Numbered from the stretch's first letter, positions 12,781 to 23,156 are shown. The stretch is DNA of 64,000 nucleotides from an uncultured Candidatus Actinomarina sp. (GCA_902610815.1 CACLXG010000001.1:12775-76774); one strand, 5' to 3'. The notes: generated by a model from the sequence alone, not told the origin. Program-made: numbers and translations.

Positions 12781-13710
12781 ATGGAAAATGTAAATGACCT
12801 TCGTGACCAACTTACGAAAACAATTACTCGTCCAATTGAAAAAATTGTAAAATTTTTTATTACAGCCTCTGCTTTTGCCGCAATTCTTATATCCATATCA
12901 ATTATTTTCACATTATTGACTGAAGCTATTAATTTTTTTCAGGATCCAGCAGTAACTTTTAAAGGGTATTTTACTGCAACTAGATGGACTCCTACTTTCC
13001 AAAATCCCGAATATGGTGTTATTGTTTTGATTTCCTCAACTCTTTATATAGCTGTCATTGCTTGTCTTATTTCTTTTCCTCTAGGGTTATTTTCAGCTAT
13101 ATACTTATCTGAATTTGCAACAAAAAGAACAAGAAAAGTTATAAAACCAGTCTTAGAAGTGTTAGCAGGTGTTCCTACTGTAGTATTTGGTTACTTCGCG
13201 CTTAATTGGATTACTCCGAATATAATTCAGAGATTTATTCCAGGTACGGGAGTGTTTAATGCTTTGTCGGCAGGTATCGCTGTTGGTATCATGATAATAC
13301 CTACAGTCGCCTCTATCTCTGATGATGCTCTCAATGCAGTTCCAAATTCTTTGAGAAATGGGTCATTAGCACTTGGTGCTACTAGAAGAATTACATCACT
13401 TAAAATTATGTTTCCTGCAGCTCTTTCAGGCATTATTGCTTCATTTATATTAGGTTTTTCAAGAGCTATAGGCGAGACAATGATTGTTACCATTGCAGGC
13501 GGGCAGTATCCTGAATTAAACTTAGATCCAAGAAGTGCAATGTACACGATAACATCTTCAATAGTAAATGTATCTCTTGGTGACACACCTCATGGCACTA
13601 CTGCTTATAATGCTTTATTCGCACTTGGTATAACTTTATTTATTATGACTTTTATTCTGAATATAGGTTCTGATTATATTGCCAGAAAGTATAGAAAAGA
13701 ATATGAGTAA
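12781..13710 (+). CDS. pstC: Phosphate ABC transporter permease
   Basis: AIYLSEFA, LAGVPTVVFGYF, RAIGETMIV. Confidence 0.96.
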   Translation: MENVNDLRDQLTKTITRPIEKIVKFFITASAFAAILISISIIFTLLTEAINFFQDPAVTFKGYFTATRWTPTFQNPEYGVIVLISSTLYIAVIACLISFPLGLFSAIYLSEFATKRTRKVIKPVLEVLAGVPTVVFGYFALNWITPNIIQRFIPGTGVFNALSAGIAVGIMIIPTVASISDDALNAVPNSLRNGSLALGATRRITSLKIMFPAALSGIIASFILGFSRAIGETMIVTIAGGQYPELNLDPRSAMYTITSSIVNVSLGDTPHGTTAYNALFALGITLFIMTFILNIGSDYIARKYRKEYE

Positions 13711-14623
13711 CGAAACACTTATAACCGGCAAGAAAGCTGAAAATGCTATCAAAGAAAGTTTATTCCTCTTTACATTATATATATGTGTAACGATTGCTAT
13801 TTTAACTTTGATGACCTTAATCTATGATGTACTTTCTACTGGGACTACAAGATTGACATCAGACTATGAGGTTGGTCTCATTACAAAAATACAAATTGAT
13901 AATCCTATAGATTTTTTAACAACATTAGATTCACGTTATCCAGATAGAGCTGGTATCGGCCCAGCTTTTGCTGGGACAGTATGGCTTATGATAATAGTTG
14001 TTTCTGTAACATTTCCTTTTGGTACAGGAGCGGCTATATATCTTCAAGAATTTGCCCCAAAAAATAAAATAACAAGGTTTATTGAATTAAATTTAACTAA
14101 CTTGGCAGGAGTCCCTTCAGTTATTTATGGTTTACTGGGGCTTGCAGTGTTTGTGCGTTTAGCTGGATTTGGAAGATCTGTTCTATCAGGTGGATTAACA
14201 TTAACGTTACTAATTCTTCCAGTGGTCATTGTGGCATCTAGAGAGGCTCTTAAGGCTGTTCCAGACACAATACGCCAGGGTGCTTTAGCACTTGGAGCTA
14301 CCAAATTTCAGGCAGTTTTTAGACAGGTTGTGCCTTCTGCAATTCCAGGAATGGTAACTGGGATGGTCCTCGGACTCTCCCGAGCAATTGGAGAGACTGC
14401 TCCATTAATTTTTATGGGTGCTTTGACTTATGTTAATTATTTTCCTGATACCCCTTTAAGTGGTTTTACTGCTATTCCAATCCAAGTCTATAACTGGATT
14501 GGATATCCTCAGGCTGAATGGAAGGAAACAGCTTCAGCTGGAATCATCTTACTTTTGGGTTTATTATTAATCATGAACTCACTAGCCATATTTATTAGAA
14601 ACAGATACGAGAAGGATTTATAG
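13703..14623 (+). CDS. pstA: Phosphate ABC transporter permease
   Basis: NLAGVPSVIYGLLG, RAIGETAPL; start placed at ATG 13703. Confidence 0.96.
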   Translation: MSNETLITGKKAENAIKESLFLFTLYICVTIAILTLMTLIYDVLSTGTTRLTSDYEVGLITKIQIDNPIDFLTTLDSRYPDRAGIGPAFAGTVWLMIIVVSVTFPFGTGAAIYLQEFAPKNKITRFIELNLTNLAGVPSVIYGLLGLAVFVRLAGFGRSVLSGGLTLTLLILPVVIVASREALKAVPDTIRQGALALGATKFQAVFRQVVPSAIPGMVTGMVLGLSRAIGETAPLIFMGALTYVNYFPDTPLSGFTAIPIQVYNWIGYPQAEWKETASAGIILLLGLLLIMNSLAIFIRNRYEKDL

Positions 14624-14647
14624 TGATATTTATAAAGGAGACAAATA

Positions 14648-15457
14648 GTGGAAACTAAAGAAACAGTTCAGGTCAATAGTGAAAGCGTATTTAATGTAAC
14701 AGACCTATCTGTAAGTTATGGAGACTTTGTCGCAATCAAAAATGTAAATATGGATATTACTAAAAACAAAATTACTGCTTTTATCGGGCCCTCAGGTTGT
14801 GGAAAAAGCACATTAATAAGATCATTTAACAGGATGAATGATCTTATATTAGGTGCAAAAGTTAATGGAACAATAACATATCAGGGAGTTGATTTATACG
14901 ACAAAATGGTTGACCCAGTTCAGGTCAGAAGAAGAATAGGAATGGTTTTTCAAAAACCTAATCCATTCCCAAAAACTATAAAAGAGAATATTACTTTTGG
15001 ACTTAAGGTTAACAACATGACTGATAACATGGATGATCGAGTTGAGAAAGCATTAACTCAAGCAGCATTATGGGATGAAGTTAAGGATGATTTAGACAAA
15101 AATGCATTAGAACTATCTGGTGGTCAACAACAAAGATTATGCATTGCCAGGACAATTGCAGTTGAGCCAGATACAATTTTAATGGATGAGCCTTGCTCTG
15201 CATTAGACCCTGTAGCAACAAAAAAAATAGAAGACCTCATGCAAGAGCTTGTAAAAGAATTCTCAATACTTATTGTCACACACAACATGCAACAAGCCTC
15301 TAGATCTTCTGATTACTGTGCATTTTTTACAACGAAAACCTCTGATGATGGAAAAAGAAGAACTGGAGAATTAGTTGAGTTCAATGAAACAAGTGTTATG
15401 TTTACTACTCCTGATAAGGAGTTAACAGAACAATATATATCAGGCAGGTTCGGATGA
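14648..15457 (+). CDS. pstB: Phosphate ABC transporter ATPase
   Basis: [44 protein letters not shown]. Confidence 0.98.
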   Translation: METKETVQVNSESVFNVTDLSVSYGDFVAIKNVNMDITKNKITAFIGPSGCGKSTLIRSFNRMNDLILGAKVNGTITYQGVDLYDKMVDPVQVRRRIGMVFQKPNPFPKTIKENITFGLKVNNMTDNMDDRVEKALTQAALWDEVKDDLDKNALELSGGQQQRLCIARTIAVEPDTILMDEPCSALDPVATKKIEDLMQELVKEFSILIVTHNMQQASRSSDYCAFFTTKTSDDGKRRTGELVEFNETSVMFTTPDKELTEQYISGRFG

Positions 15458-16095
15458 GTTTACAAGAAAAGATCGAAAACCTTGAAACAGATCTACATTT
15501 AATGGGCAGGCTTGTTTTAGATGCTCTAGTAGATGGCGTTAGGGCTTTAGAGGATAAAGACGTTAATAGAGCAATAGCAACAATAGAAAAAGATGATGAA
15601 ATTGATGCGGCTTACCTTAAAATTGACCAAGACTGGGTTGAGCTTATGGCCACAGAGCAACTTGTAGCAACAGACTTAAGACTTTCTACATCTATTTTGC
15701 AAGCAAGTTTACACTTAGAGCGCCTTGGTGATTTGGCTGTTTATCTTGGAAATACAACACAAGAAATTTTTGATTCACCAGTACCAGAGACAGTACATGC
15801 AACTGTAGTAGAAATGGGGGATTTAGTAATTGATATGGCTTCATCCGCAATGGAAAGTTTAAAAAATAGAGATAAAGACCTAGCTTTAGCAACAGCTGAA
15901 AAAGATAATCAAGTAAATAGACTTTATAACGCAATGCTAGAAGAAGCACCAAAAATAGCTGGGAATGAAGATTTATTCAATGGATTATTTAGACTTGTCA
16001 CTTGTATTCGTACATTAGAGAGAGGTGGCGATCACGCAGTTGATATTTGTGAATTAACTCACTTCCTTGTGACTGGTAAATTTGAAGAATTTTAA
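15454..16095 (+). CDS. phoU: Phosphate signalling protein PhoU
   Basis: [29 protein letters not shown]. Confidence 0.94.
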   Translation: MSLQEKIENLETDLHLMGRLVLDALVDGVRALEDKDVNRAIATIEKDDEIDAAYLKIDQDWVELMATEQLVATDLRLSTSILQASLHLERLGDLAVYLGNTTQEIFDSPVPETVHATVVEMGDLVIDMASSAMESLKNRDKDLALATAEKDNQVNRLYNAMLEEAPKIAGNEDLFNGLFRLVTCIRTLERGGDHAVDICELTHFLVTGKFEEF

Positions 16096-16784
16096 TGTCG
16101 GGTAAAATTTTATTAGTTGAAGATGAACACAGCATTGCCGAACCCGTAATTTATAACTTAAAACAAGAAGGCTTTTCCGTTACACATGTTGATGAAGGAC
16201 CTATTGCTTTAGAGATTTTTGGTGAAGAATCTTTTGATTTAGTTATTTTAGATTTAATGCTTCCACAGATTTCGGGACTTGATATATGTAGGTCCATAAG
16301 AAAAAGTTCTGATGTACCAATTATTATGGTGACTGCAAAAGACAGTGAGGCTGATAGAGTAGCTGGATTAGAATTAGGCGCCGATGACTATGTTACAAAA
16401 CCATTCTCAGTGCGTGAATTGATGAGTAGAGTGAGAGCGGTCCTAAGACGTACGACTTCTAAAACATCAACAAAGGAAAAGTCAGTTAAAGCTGGCAATA
16501 TTGAAATTAATTTATCGAAATACGAAGCAAAAGTTGACAATAATAAGATTAATTTAACACCAAGAGAGTTTGAGCTGTTATACGCGTTTTGCGAGAATCA
16601 AGGAAATTTAATGTCAAGAGAACAGATATTTGATGAAATATGGGGATATTCTTTTATTGGAAATACAAAAACCCTTGATGTGCACATACAAAGAATTAGA
16701 GAGAAAATTGAAGTTGATCCAAAAAAACCTAAAAGATTAATAACTGTTAGGGGAGTTGGATATAAATTAGTAAATGATGGATAA
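16095..16784 (+). CDS. OmpR-family response regulator (RegX3/PhoP-like)
   Basis: Receiver domain (LVEDE, LDLMLP, GADDYVTKPF) plus winged helix (TKTLDVHIQR, TVRGVGYK); lies in the pst operon. Confidence 0.93.
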   Translation: MSGKILLVEDEHSIAEPVIYNLKQEGFSVTHVDEGPIALEIFGEESFDLVILDLMLPQISGLDICRSIRKSSDVPIIMVTAKDSEADRVAGLELGADDYVTKPFSVRELMSRVRAVLRRTTSKTSTKEKSVKAGNIEINLSKYEAKVDNNKINLTPREFELLYAFCENQGNLMSREQIFDEIWGYSFIGNTKTLDVHIQRIREKIEVDPKKPKRLITVRGVGYKLVNDG

Positions 16785-17457
16785 AGATAATCAAGACATA
16801 GATAAGCTAAAACAAGAGTTCATTGCCAATGCTTCACATGAACTAAAGACACCTGTAACTTCTATTCAATTAGCTGTTGAGACAGCTATTTCAGCATTAG
16901 AAAATTCTGAGATTGAAGATGCTAAAAGATTTATGAATCAAATTCTACAAGATAGTCAGAGAATGACACTACTGCTCTCAGATCTTTTGGACCTTTCACA
17001 ACTTGAAGTCAATAATCCAGAGAAAGAACTAGTAAGCTTGAACGCAATCATTGATGCTGAAATTGGATTTTTATCTAATGAAAATAAAAATCGTGTAGTT
17101 TTTGAATCTGAAGACATTGAATTTTTAATTGATCCTAGTGACTTTTCTATGATAATTAGAAATCTATTAAGGAATGCTTGTAATTACTCAGAATTAGATA
17201 AGGAAATAAATATAAAGTTATTTAAAAACGAGTCAAATGTTGTTTTGAGTGTTGTTGATAAAGGTAGAGGAATTGCAACTACAGACCAAGAAAGAATTTT
17301 TGAGAGGTTTTACAGAGTAGATAAAGGCAGGTCTAGATCACTTGGTGGTACAGGAATTGGTTTATCAATAGTAAAACATGCTGTAGAACGTAATGGTGGT
17401 GTCATTGAATTGATTAGCCAATTTGGAGAGGGCTCAGAGTTTAAAGTAATATTTTAA
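16774..17457 (+). CDS. Histidine kinase (SenX3/PhoR-like), HisKA + HATPase only
   Basis: ANASHELKTP, NLLRNA, DKGRGI, FERFYRVDKGRSR, GGTGIGLSIVKH; no TM or sensor domain. Confidence 0.92.
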   Translation: MMDKDNQDIDKLKQEFIANASHELKTPVTSIQLAVETAISALENSEIEDAKRFMNQILQDSQRMTLLLSDLLDLSQLEVNNPEKELVSLNAIIDAEIGFLSNENKNRVVFESEDIEFLIDPSDFSMIIRNLLRNACNYSELDKEINIKLFKNESNVVLSVVDKGRGIATTDQERIFERFYRVDKGRSRSLGGTGIGLSIVKHAVERNGGVIELISQFGEGSEFKVIF

Positions 17458-17462
17458 AAATT

Positions 17463-18479
17463 TTAACTTACGTCCCAAGTTCCTAAAGAACGTATAAGCT
17501 TATCTAATTCACCTTCACCTTTTTGTTCTATAGCACTATCGATTTGACCATGAACCTCTTCCGTAAAGGTATCTCTCTGGACTTTTCTAAATACACCAAG
17601 TGGTGTTGGACCATATGGACCATGAGAAAGTCTAGATAAAGAGAAAGCAATTGAAGGATTCTCTTCATGAATGTTATGAACATAGATCTCAGATTCATCG
17701 ACATCTTTAGTATCAACAATTTGCGCAATACCATTTCTGATAACTACAGCTTTATGACCATCTTCCCCAAAAACTGTTTTCTCACCATGCACTAAATTAA
17801 TTCTATTTGCTACTTTTGTCTCTTTATTAGTCAACTGTTCAAAGGCTTTATCATTGAAGACATTACAGTTTTGATAAATCTCTACAAAAGCAGAACCTTT
17901 GTGATTTTTAGCTTCTTCTAAAATCCCTGCAGTAAGATCTCTATCCATATCAATAGACCTTGCCACAAAAGTAGCTTCAGCACCTATTGCAAGACTCATT
18001 GGATTGAGTGGCATCTCTACTGAACCAAAAGGTGAAGATTTAGTCTTCTTACCTTCCTCACTAGTAGGAGAGTACTGACCTTTAGTGAGTCCATAAATCT
18101 GATTATTAAACATAAGAATTTTAATGTTGACATTTTTTCGAAGAGCATGAATTAAGTGGTTTCCTCCAATAGATAAGGAGTCACCATCACCAGAAACAAC
18201 CCAAACAGATAAATCTGGATTTGATACTGATACACCAGTAGCTACTGCTGGCGCTCTACCATGAATTGAGTGAACACCATATGTGTTCATATAATATGGG
18301 AACCTTGCTGCACAACCAATTCCAGAGACAAAAACTATTTTTTCTTTTGAGATGCCCATCTCAGCCATGAAATTCTGGACGGATGCAAGGATAGTGTAGT
18401 CACCACAACCAGGACACCACTTGACTTCTTGGTCGCTTTGCAAATCAGTTCTTTTATAGGTAACAGGTATTTTACTCAT
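17463..18479 (-). CDS. korB: 2-oxoacid:ferredoxin oxidoreductase beta subunit
   Basis: WCPGCGD, SGIGCAAR, HGRA, GDGD..SIGGNH, YGLTKGQYSPT. Confidence 0.93.
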   Translation of the reverse strand: MSKIPVTYKRTDLQSDQEVKWCPGCGDYTILASVQNFMAEMGISKEKIVFVSGIGCAARFPYYMNTYGVHSIHGRAPAVATGVSVSNPDLSVWVVSGDGDSLSIGGNHLIHALRKNVNIKILMFNNQIYGLTKGQYSPTSEEGKKTKSSPFGSVEMPLNPMSLAIGAEATFVARSIDMDRDLTAGILEEAKNHKGSAFVEIYQNCNVFNDKAFEQLTNKETKVANRINLVHGEKTVFGEDGHKAVVIRNGIAQIVDTKDVDESEIYVHNIHEENPSIAFSLSRLSHGPYGPTPLGVFRKVQRDTFTEEVHGQIDSAIEQKGEGELDKLIRSLGTWDVS

Positions 18480-20322
18480 TTATAATTGCCTCAATTTTAT
18501 CAGTTAGCTCCAGGGCAGTAAATGGCTCACCAGAAACTTTATTAATTCCTCGTGCATCAACTAAAAATGCCTCTCGAACTAATTTAAGTAGCTGACCAGT
18601 ATTTAGCTCAGGAATGATTACTTGTTTAAATTTTGATATAACTTCAAGTGTATTGTCTGGGAAAGGATTGAGATGAACAAAATGCGCACTTGCAACTTTG
18701 ACACCTTTTTCATTCAATCTATTGACAGCTTGTGTAATTCCTCCATAAGTTGATCCCCAACCAAGAACTAATGTATCAGCAGATTCATCACCATGAAGCT
18801 CTAACTTATCAATATCATTTGCTATGTTGGATACTTTCCATGCTCTCATATCTGTCATATATTGGTGGTTTGCAGCGTCATAAGAAACATTTCCTGTTCC
18901 TTCTTCTTTTTCAAGACCACCGACTCTATATTCTAGTCCTGGAGTACCAGGCAGTGCCCATGGTCTGGCAAACGTATCAACATTTCTTAGGAATGGTAAA
19001 AATCCATCTTCTGTATTAAGTTTTGTAACGATATTTGTTTCTAAATTATTCAGTTCTTCAGTATTTGGAAGGTTCCAAGGTTCTGAACCAGTCGCTACAT
19101 AGTTGTCTGATAATAAAATTACCGGTGTCATATATTTTAAGGCAATTCTTGCAGCTTCATAAGCTGCATAAAATGCATGTGAAGGCGACTTGGCAGCTAC
19201 AACAGGCAGAGGAGATTCCCCATGTCTTCCATATAATGCAAACATAAGATCTGATTGTTCAGGCTTAGTTGGGAGTCCAGTAGATGGACCACCTCTTTGT
19301 ACATTTACTATCACTAATGGAAGCTCAGCAGATAATGCCAATGAGATAGTTTCACTTTTAAGTGCAAGTCCAGGACCACTTGTACCAGTAACAGCAAGTT
19401 TTCCGGTAAATGAAGCACCTACAGCTGCAGCTGCAGCTGCTATTTCATCTTCTGCTTGAAAAGTAATTACATTAAAGTTTTTATGTTTTGAGAGTTCATG
19501 CAAAATATCTGATGCTGGTGTAATTGGATAGCTACCATAAAATAAATCAAGATCCGCTTTCTTAGCAGCAGTAATTAGGCCCCAGCTCAAACCAATATTT
19601 CCATTGATATTTGTGTATTCACCTGGAGGAAGAGAGGCTTTATCAACAACATACGTATGATGAAATGCCTCAACAGTTATACCAAAGTTATAACCAGTTT
19701 TTAGTGCTTTAATGTTTGCTTTTGCAATCTCTGGAAGTTTACTAAATTTATCATTAATCCAATTTTCTGTATCTTCTAGGGGTCTGTTAAATGTCCATGA
19801 TATCAAGCCAAGCGCAATCATATTTTTTGATCTTAAAACTGCTCTACCAGGTAAATCAAACTCTTCTAAAGCTTCCTTGGTTAGTTTTTCCATCGGGACC
19901 TGAAATACTCTGTATCCGTCTAACTCACCAGATTCTCTTGGATCTACTTTATATCCTGCTTTTGTAATATTTTTTTCTTCAAATGCATCCTCATTTAAAA
20001 TGAGCATTCCATTTGGAGCTAGATCGTGTAGATGTGCTTTCAGAGCAGCAGGGTTCATCGCAACTAAAACATCAGGATTATCACCAGGAGTTAAAATATC
20101 AAAATCTGCTATTTGAACTTGAAAAGAAGAAACTCCTGCAATAGTTCCTTGAGGTGCTCTTATTTCAGCTGGGAATGCAGGGAGAGTTGCTAAGTCATTT
20201 CCAAACACAGCAGAAGTATCGGTAAATCTTGTGCCTACTAGCTGCATACCATCACCAGAGTCACCAGCAAATCTAATTGTTATTGCTGGAATAGACTCTA
20301 CTGTTTTGTTTTCAATTTCCAT
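18472..20322 (-). CDS. korA: 2-oxoacid:ferredoxin oxidoreductase alpha subunit (gamma-alpha fusion)
   Basis: FAGDSGDGMQL, YPITPAS, QAEDEIAA, TSGPG, QRGGPSTGLPTK. Confidence 0.94.
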   Translation of the reverse strand: MEIENKTVESIPAITIRFAGDSGDGMQLVGTRFTDTSAVFGNDLATLPAFPAEIRAPQGTIAGVSSFQVQIADFDILTPGDNPDVLVAMNPAALKAHLHDLAPNGMLILNEDAFEEKNITKAGYKVDPRESGELDGYRVFQVPMEKLTKEALEEFDLPGRAVLRSKNMIALGLISWTFNRPLEDTENWINDKFSKLPEIAKANIKALKTGYNFGITVEAFHHTYVVDKASLPPGEYTNINGNIGLSWGLITAAKKADLDLFYGSYPITPASDILHELSKHKNFNVITFQAEDEIAAAAAAVGASFTGKLAVTGTSGPGLALKSETISLALSAELPLVIVNVQRGGPSTGLPTKPEQSDLMFALYGRHGESPLPVVAAKSPSHAFYAAYEAARIALKYMTPVILLSDNYVATGSEPWNLPNTEELNNLETNIVTKLNTEDGFLPFLRNVDTFARPWALPGTPGLEYRVGGLEKEEGTGNVSYDAANHQYMTDMRAWKVSNIANDIDKLELHGDESADTLVLGWGSTYGGITQAVNRLNEKGVKVASAHFVHLNPFPDNTLEVISKFKQVIIPELNTGQLLKLVREAFLVDARGINKVSGEPFTALELTDKIEAIINE

Positions 20323-20339
20323 AAGTATTCCTTATTAAT

Positions 20340-20531
20340 TTATTGTAATCTTTGCGGGGATAATGCAATTTCATTTTGTTGGGTTCCTGAGCAAAATTCA
20401 GCACTCTCACCAGAACAACACTCTGCTTGATTTAAACCAAACATTGCACAGCTACTACTGATACATGCAGCGTGACCATGAATATAAGCCATCTGATTTT
20501 TACACCAACTACAGTGAAGCGAATTACTCAT
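20340..20531 (-). CDS. Small Cys/His-rich hypothetical protein
   Basis: 63 aa with CxxC, HGHAAC, CC motifs; fills the gap between sodX and korA on the same strand and overlaps the sodX stop. Confidence 0.7.
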   Translation of the reverse strand: MSNSLHCSWCKNQMAYIHGHAACISSSCAMFGLNQAECCSGESAEFCSGTQQNEIALSPQRLQ

Positions 20532-21024
20532 ATGCTTTGAACCTTTGATAGGGCCAGTATCTATATTTTATTTTGAGGCATTCTGTTGCAGAAACTGGAC
20601 CTAATGTTCTTGAGTCACTTGATGAAAGCCTTCTTTGGTCACCAAGAACAAATACTTCATCCTCACCAAGTGTTTGTTGAATAAAATCATCTGTTACAGT
20701 TTTAGCCCAAATGTCATCTATCTCAGAATTATTTATCAGAACTTTACCGTTTTCAGAACTCACAGTTTCGCCTGGTAAGCCAATTACCCTTTTAATGACA
20801 TCAATATTTTTTTCATGATTTGTAAAAATAACAATATCACCACGATTCAATTTATCTTTATTTTTAATAGCAACAACATAATCTTCTGGGAGTAATGCTG
20901 GACTCATACTCTCTTCTTTAATCTCATAGGTTGTTACATTTTTCTTGTCACTTTTGAAAAATACATACAAAGCGACAAGAAATAGTGTTCTAAAATTAAT
21001 TAATCTTCCAGCTGTTTTAAACAT
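20524..21024 (-). CDS. sodX: S26-family peptidase, probable NiSOD maturation protease
   Basis: SMSPAL (catalytic Ser), IKRVIGLPGE (Lys), GD..S.DSR; divergent from sodN. Confidence 0.75.
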   Translation of the reverse strand: MFKTAGRLINFRTLFLVALYVFFKSDKKNVTTYEIKEESMSPALLPEDYVVAIKNKDKLNRGDIVIFTNHEKNIDVIKRVIGLPGETVSSENGKVLINNSEIDDIWAKTVTDDFIQQTLGEDEVFVLGDQRRLSSSDSRTLGPVSATECLKIKYRYWPYQRFKAYE

Positions 21025-21064
21025 AAGGTTCTTATCAAATTATAATATAGAAAAAAGGAGATTT

Positions 21065-21451
21065 ATGAATTTATTTAAACCGAAAAATGTAGCATATGCG
21101 CATTGTGATTTACCTTGTGGAGTTTATGATCCAGCTCAAGCAAGAATTAATGCAGAATCTGTAGTAAATGCTTCTAAAAAGTATCAAGAATCTGATGATC
21201 CAGCATTTAAACAAAGATGTATCACAATAAAAGAAGACATGGCTGAAGAAGTCAAAAAAGACCTTTGGGTCCTATGGACAGACTATTTCAAGCCAGAACA
21301 TTTAGAAAAATTTCCAAATGTTCATGATCTTTTTTGGAATGCAACAAAAAAAGCTGGTGAGGCTAAAAAAACAGAAGATCCTGCTGTTGGTGAAGAACTG
21401 TTAGGCTTGATTAAAGAAATAGATGAGGTATTTCAAGCTACAAAAAGCTAA
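21065..21451 (+). CDS. sodN: Nickel superoxide dismutase precursor
   Basis: Ni-hook HCDLPCGVYDP after a 12-aa leader; LWTDYFK; SD AAGGAG before ATG 21065. Confidence 0.97.
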   Translation: MNLFKPKNVAYAHCDLPCGVYDPAQARINAESVVNASKKYQESDDPAFKQRCITIKEDMAEEVKKDLWVLWTDYFKPEHLEKFPNVHDLFWNATKKAGEAKKTEDPAVGEELLGLIKEIDEVFQATKS

Positions 21452-23064
21452 TCAAACTTCTTGAAAAGGTGTCCTATATTTTTTAAAGGGGCACCTTTTT
21501 TAATTTCATTTATCCCCCAACTATTTTCGTGTTCTTTTTGAATAGCATCATTTACTATTTTTGAAGTTGTAGGCATAAAAGGGGTAAACATAGTTGCACA
21601 AGCATCAATAGATGTAATTGCGCAGTGCAAAATTCCACTAGCTCTTTTTTTATCTTCTTTTATAACTTTCCATGGTTCGGTCTCATTTAAATAAGCATTG
21701 ATAGAATTCACATATGCCATGACATTTTGAAGTGAAGATTTAAGTTCTACTTTTTCAATCATTTCTCCTGTTGTTTTAAAACAGTTTTTTGCACCTTCCA
21801 AAAGATCTACGTCTATTTTTTCATACTCAAAAGTTGTATCTAGATCATCAAAATTATTTATGTACTGTGAAAAGACTCTTTGAACAAGATTCCCCCATGC
21901 TGCCACAAGTTCTTCGTTATTTCTTCTTATCATTTCGTCTTCAGAAATCTCTGAATCATTTTGTTCTGGGAGAATACTTGCGAGAGAATATCTTAACGAA
22001 TCAGGATTCCATTCATCAAGATAATCATTGAGAGTTTTCCCTACACCTCTACTAGCAGATGCCTTTTCTCCTTTTATTAAAATGTATTGATTTGCTGGAA
22101 CATTAGTAGGTAAGTTTAAACCCCCATAAGCCAAAAGCATTGCAGGCCAGATTATTGCATGAAATGGGACGTTATCTTTGCCAACAAAATAATAAGACTC
22201 TGCATTTTCATCTAGCCAGAAATCTTTCCAAGCCTCTGGAGTCCCATTGTTCACTGCCCACTCTTTCGAAGCAGATAAGTAACCTATTACAGCTTCAAAC
22301 CAAACATAAATCTTTTTTCCATCTCCAAGTTCATTATCTGGTATCTCTATACCCCAATCTAAATCCCTGGTAATTGCCCTATCCTGCAAACCTTCATCAA
22401 CAAAGGATTTTGAAAAGTTAATAACATGTGGCCTCCAACCATTCTTAGTATTAAGCCAATCTGCGAGTTTGTCGTTCAAAGCACTTAATTTTAAAAAATA
22501 ATGTTCTGTTTCTTTAAACTCTGCAGGATTTCCATTTATTTTGCTTTTTGGGTTAATTAATTCTTCTGGATCTAAAGTTATTCCACAACTGTCACATTGG
22601 TCACCTCTAGCCTCAAGGTAATTACATTTTGGGCACTCACCTTCAACATATCTATCTGGTAGAAACTTATTTTCTTTTGGATCAAATGCTTGAATGCTTT
22701 TATTTTTTTCAATATATCCGTTTTCCTTTATTTTTAGAAACATTTCCTGCGTGACCTCTTTGTGATTATCGGTCATAGTGGTTGTGTAGTTATCCCATTG
22801 AATATTAAGTTTTTCCCAATAGCTAAGAAATTCTGCATGGTATCTATTTACTATTTCAATTGGCTCAACACCTTCATCATCAGCTCTTACTGTTATGGGT
22901 GTTCCATGGACATCACTTCCAGAGACCATGATTACATTGTTTCCAATCATTCTGTTGTATCTTGCAAAAATATCTGCAGGCAAATATGCTCCACCAATAT
23001 GCCCTAGGTGTCTTGAACCGCTGGCATATGGCCAAGCTACGGAAACTAAAATATTTTTTGGCAT
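21448..23064 (-). CDS. metG: Methionine--tRNA ligase
   Basis: AWPYASGSRHLGH, CPKC..CDSC, YVWFEA, GKDN, KASAS. Confidence 0.97.
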   Translation of the reverse strand: MPKNILVSVAWPYASGSRHLGHIGGAYLPADIFARYNRMIGNNVIMVSGSDVHGTPITVRADDEGVEPIEIVNRYHAEFLSYWEKLNIQWDNYTTTMTDNHKEVTQEMFLKIKENGYIEKNKSIQAFDPKENKFLPDRYVEGECPKCNYLEARGDQCDSCGITLDPEELINPKSKINGNPAEFKETEHYFLKLSALNDKLADWLNTKNGWRPHVINFSKSFVDEGLQDRAITRDLDWGIEIPDNELGDGKKIYVWFEAVIGYLSASKEWAVNNGTPEAWKDFWLDENAESYYFVGKDNVPFHAIIWPAMLLAYGGLNLPTNVPANQYILIKGEKASASRGVGKTLNDYLDEWNPDSLRYSLASILPEQNDSEISEDEMIRRNNEELVAAWGNLVQRVFSQYINNFDDLDTTFEYEKIDVDLLEGAKNCFKTTGEMIEKVELKSSLQNVMAYVNSINAYLNETEPWKVIKEDKKRASGILHCAITSIDACATMFTPFMPTTSKIVNDAIQKEHENSWGINEIKKGAPLKNIGHLFKKFD

Positions 23065-23118
23065 GCATTAAGAATAGCGATTTTTGGCTTGATAAATTTA
23101 AAAAAAGGTTCAATTTAG

Positions 23119-23156
23119 GAAACATATAAGAAACATTTCAGTAATAATCATTTAAC
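23119..23156 (+). promoter_or_regulatory. Putative GlnR box upstream of amtB
   Basis: GAAAC(23119)-n6-GAAAC(23130)-n6-GTAAT(23141)-n6-TTAAC(23152); resembles the actinobacterial GlnR gTnAc-n6-GaAAc pattern. Confidence 0.7.

Noticed and set aside
20945..21064. 40-aa N-terminal extension of SodN in the ORF track
   Set aside because: Overlaps sodX; the SD and normal short leader support ATG 21065
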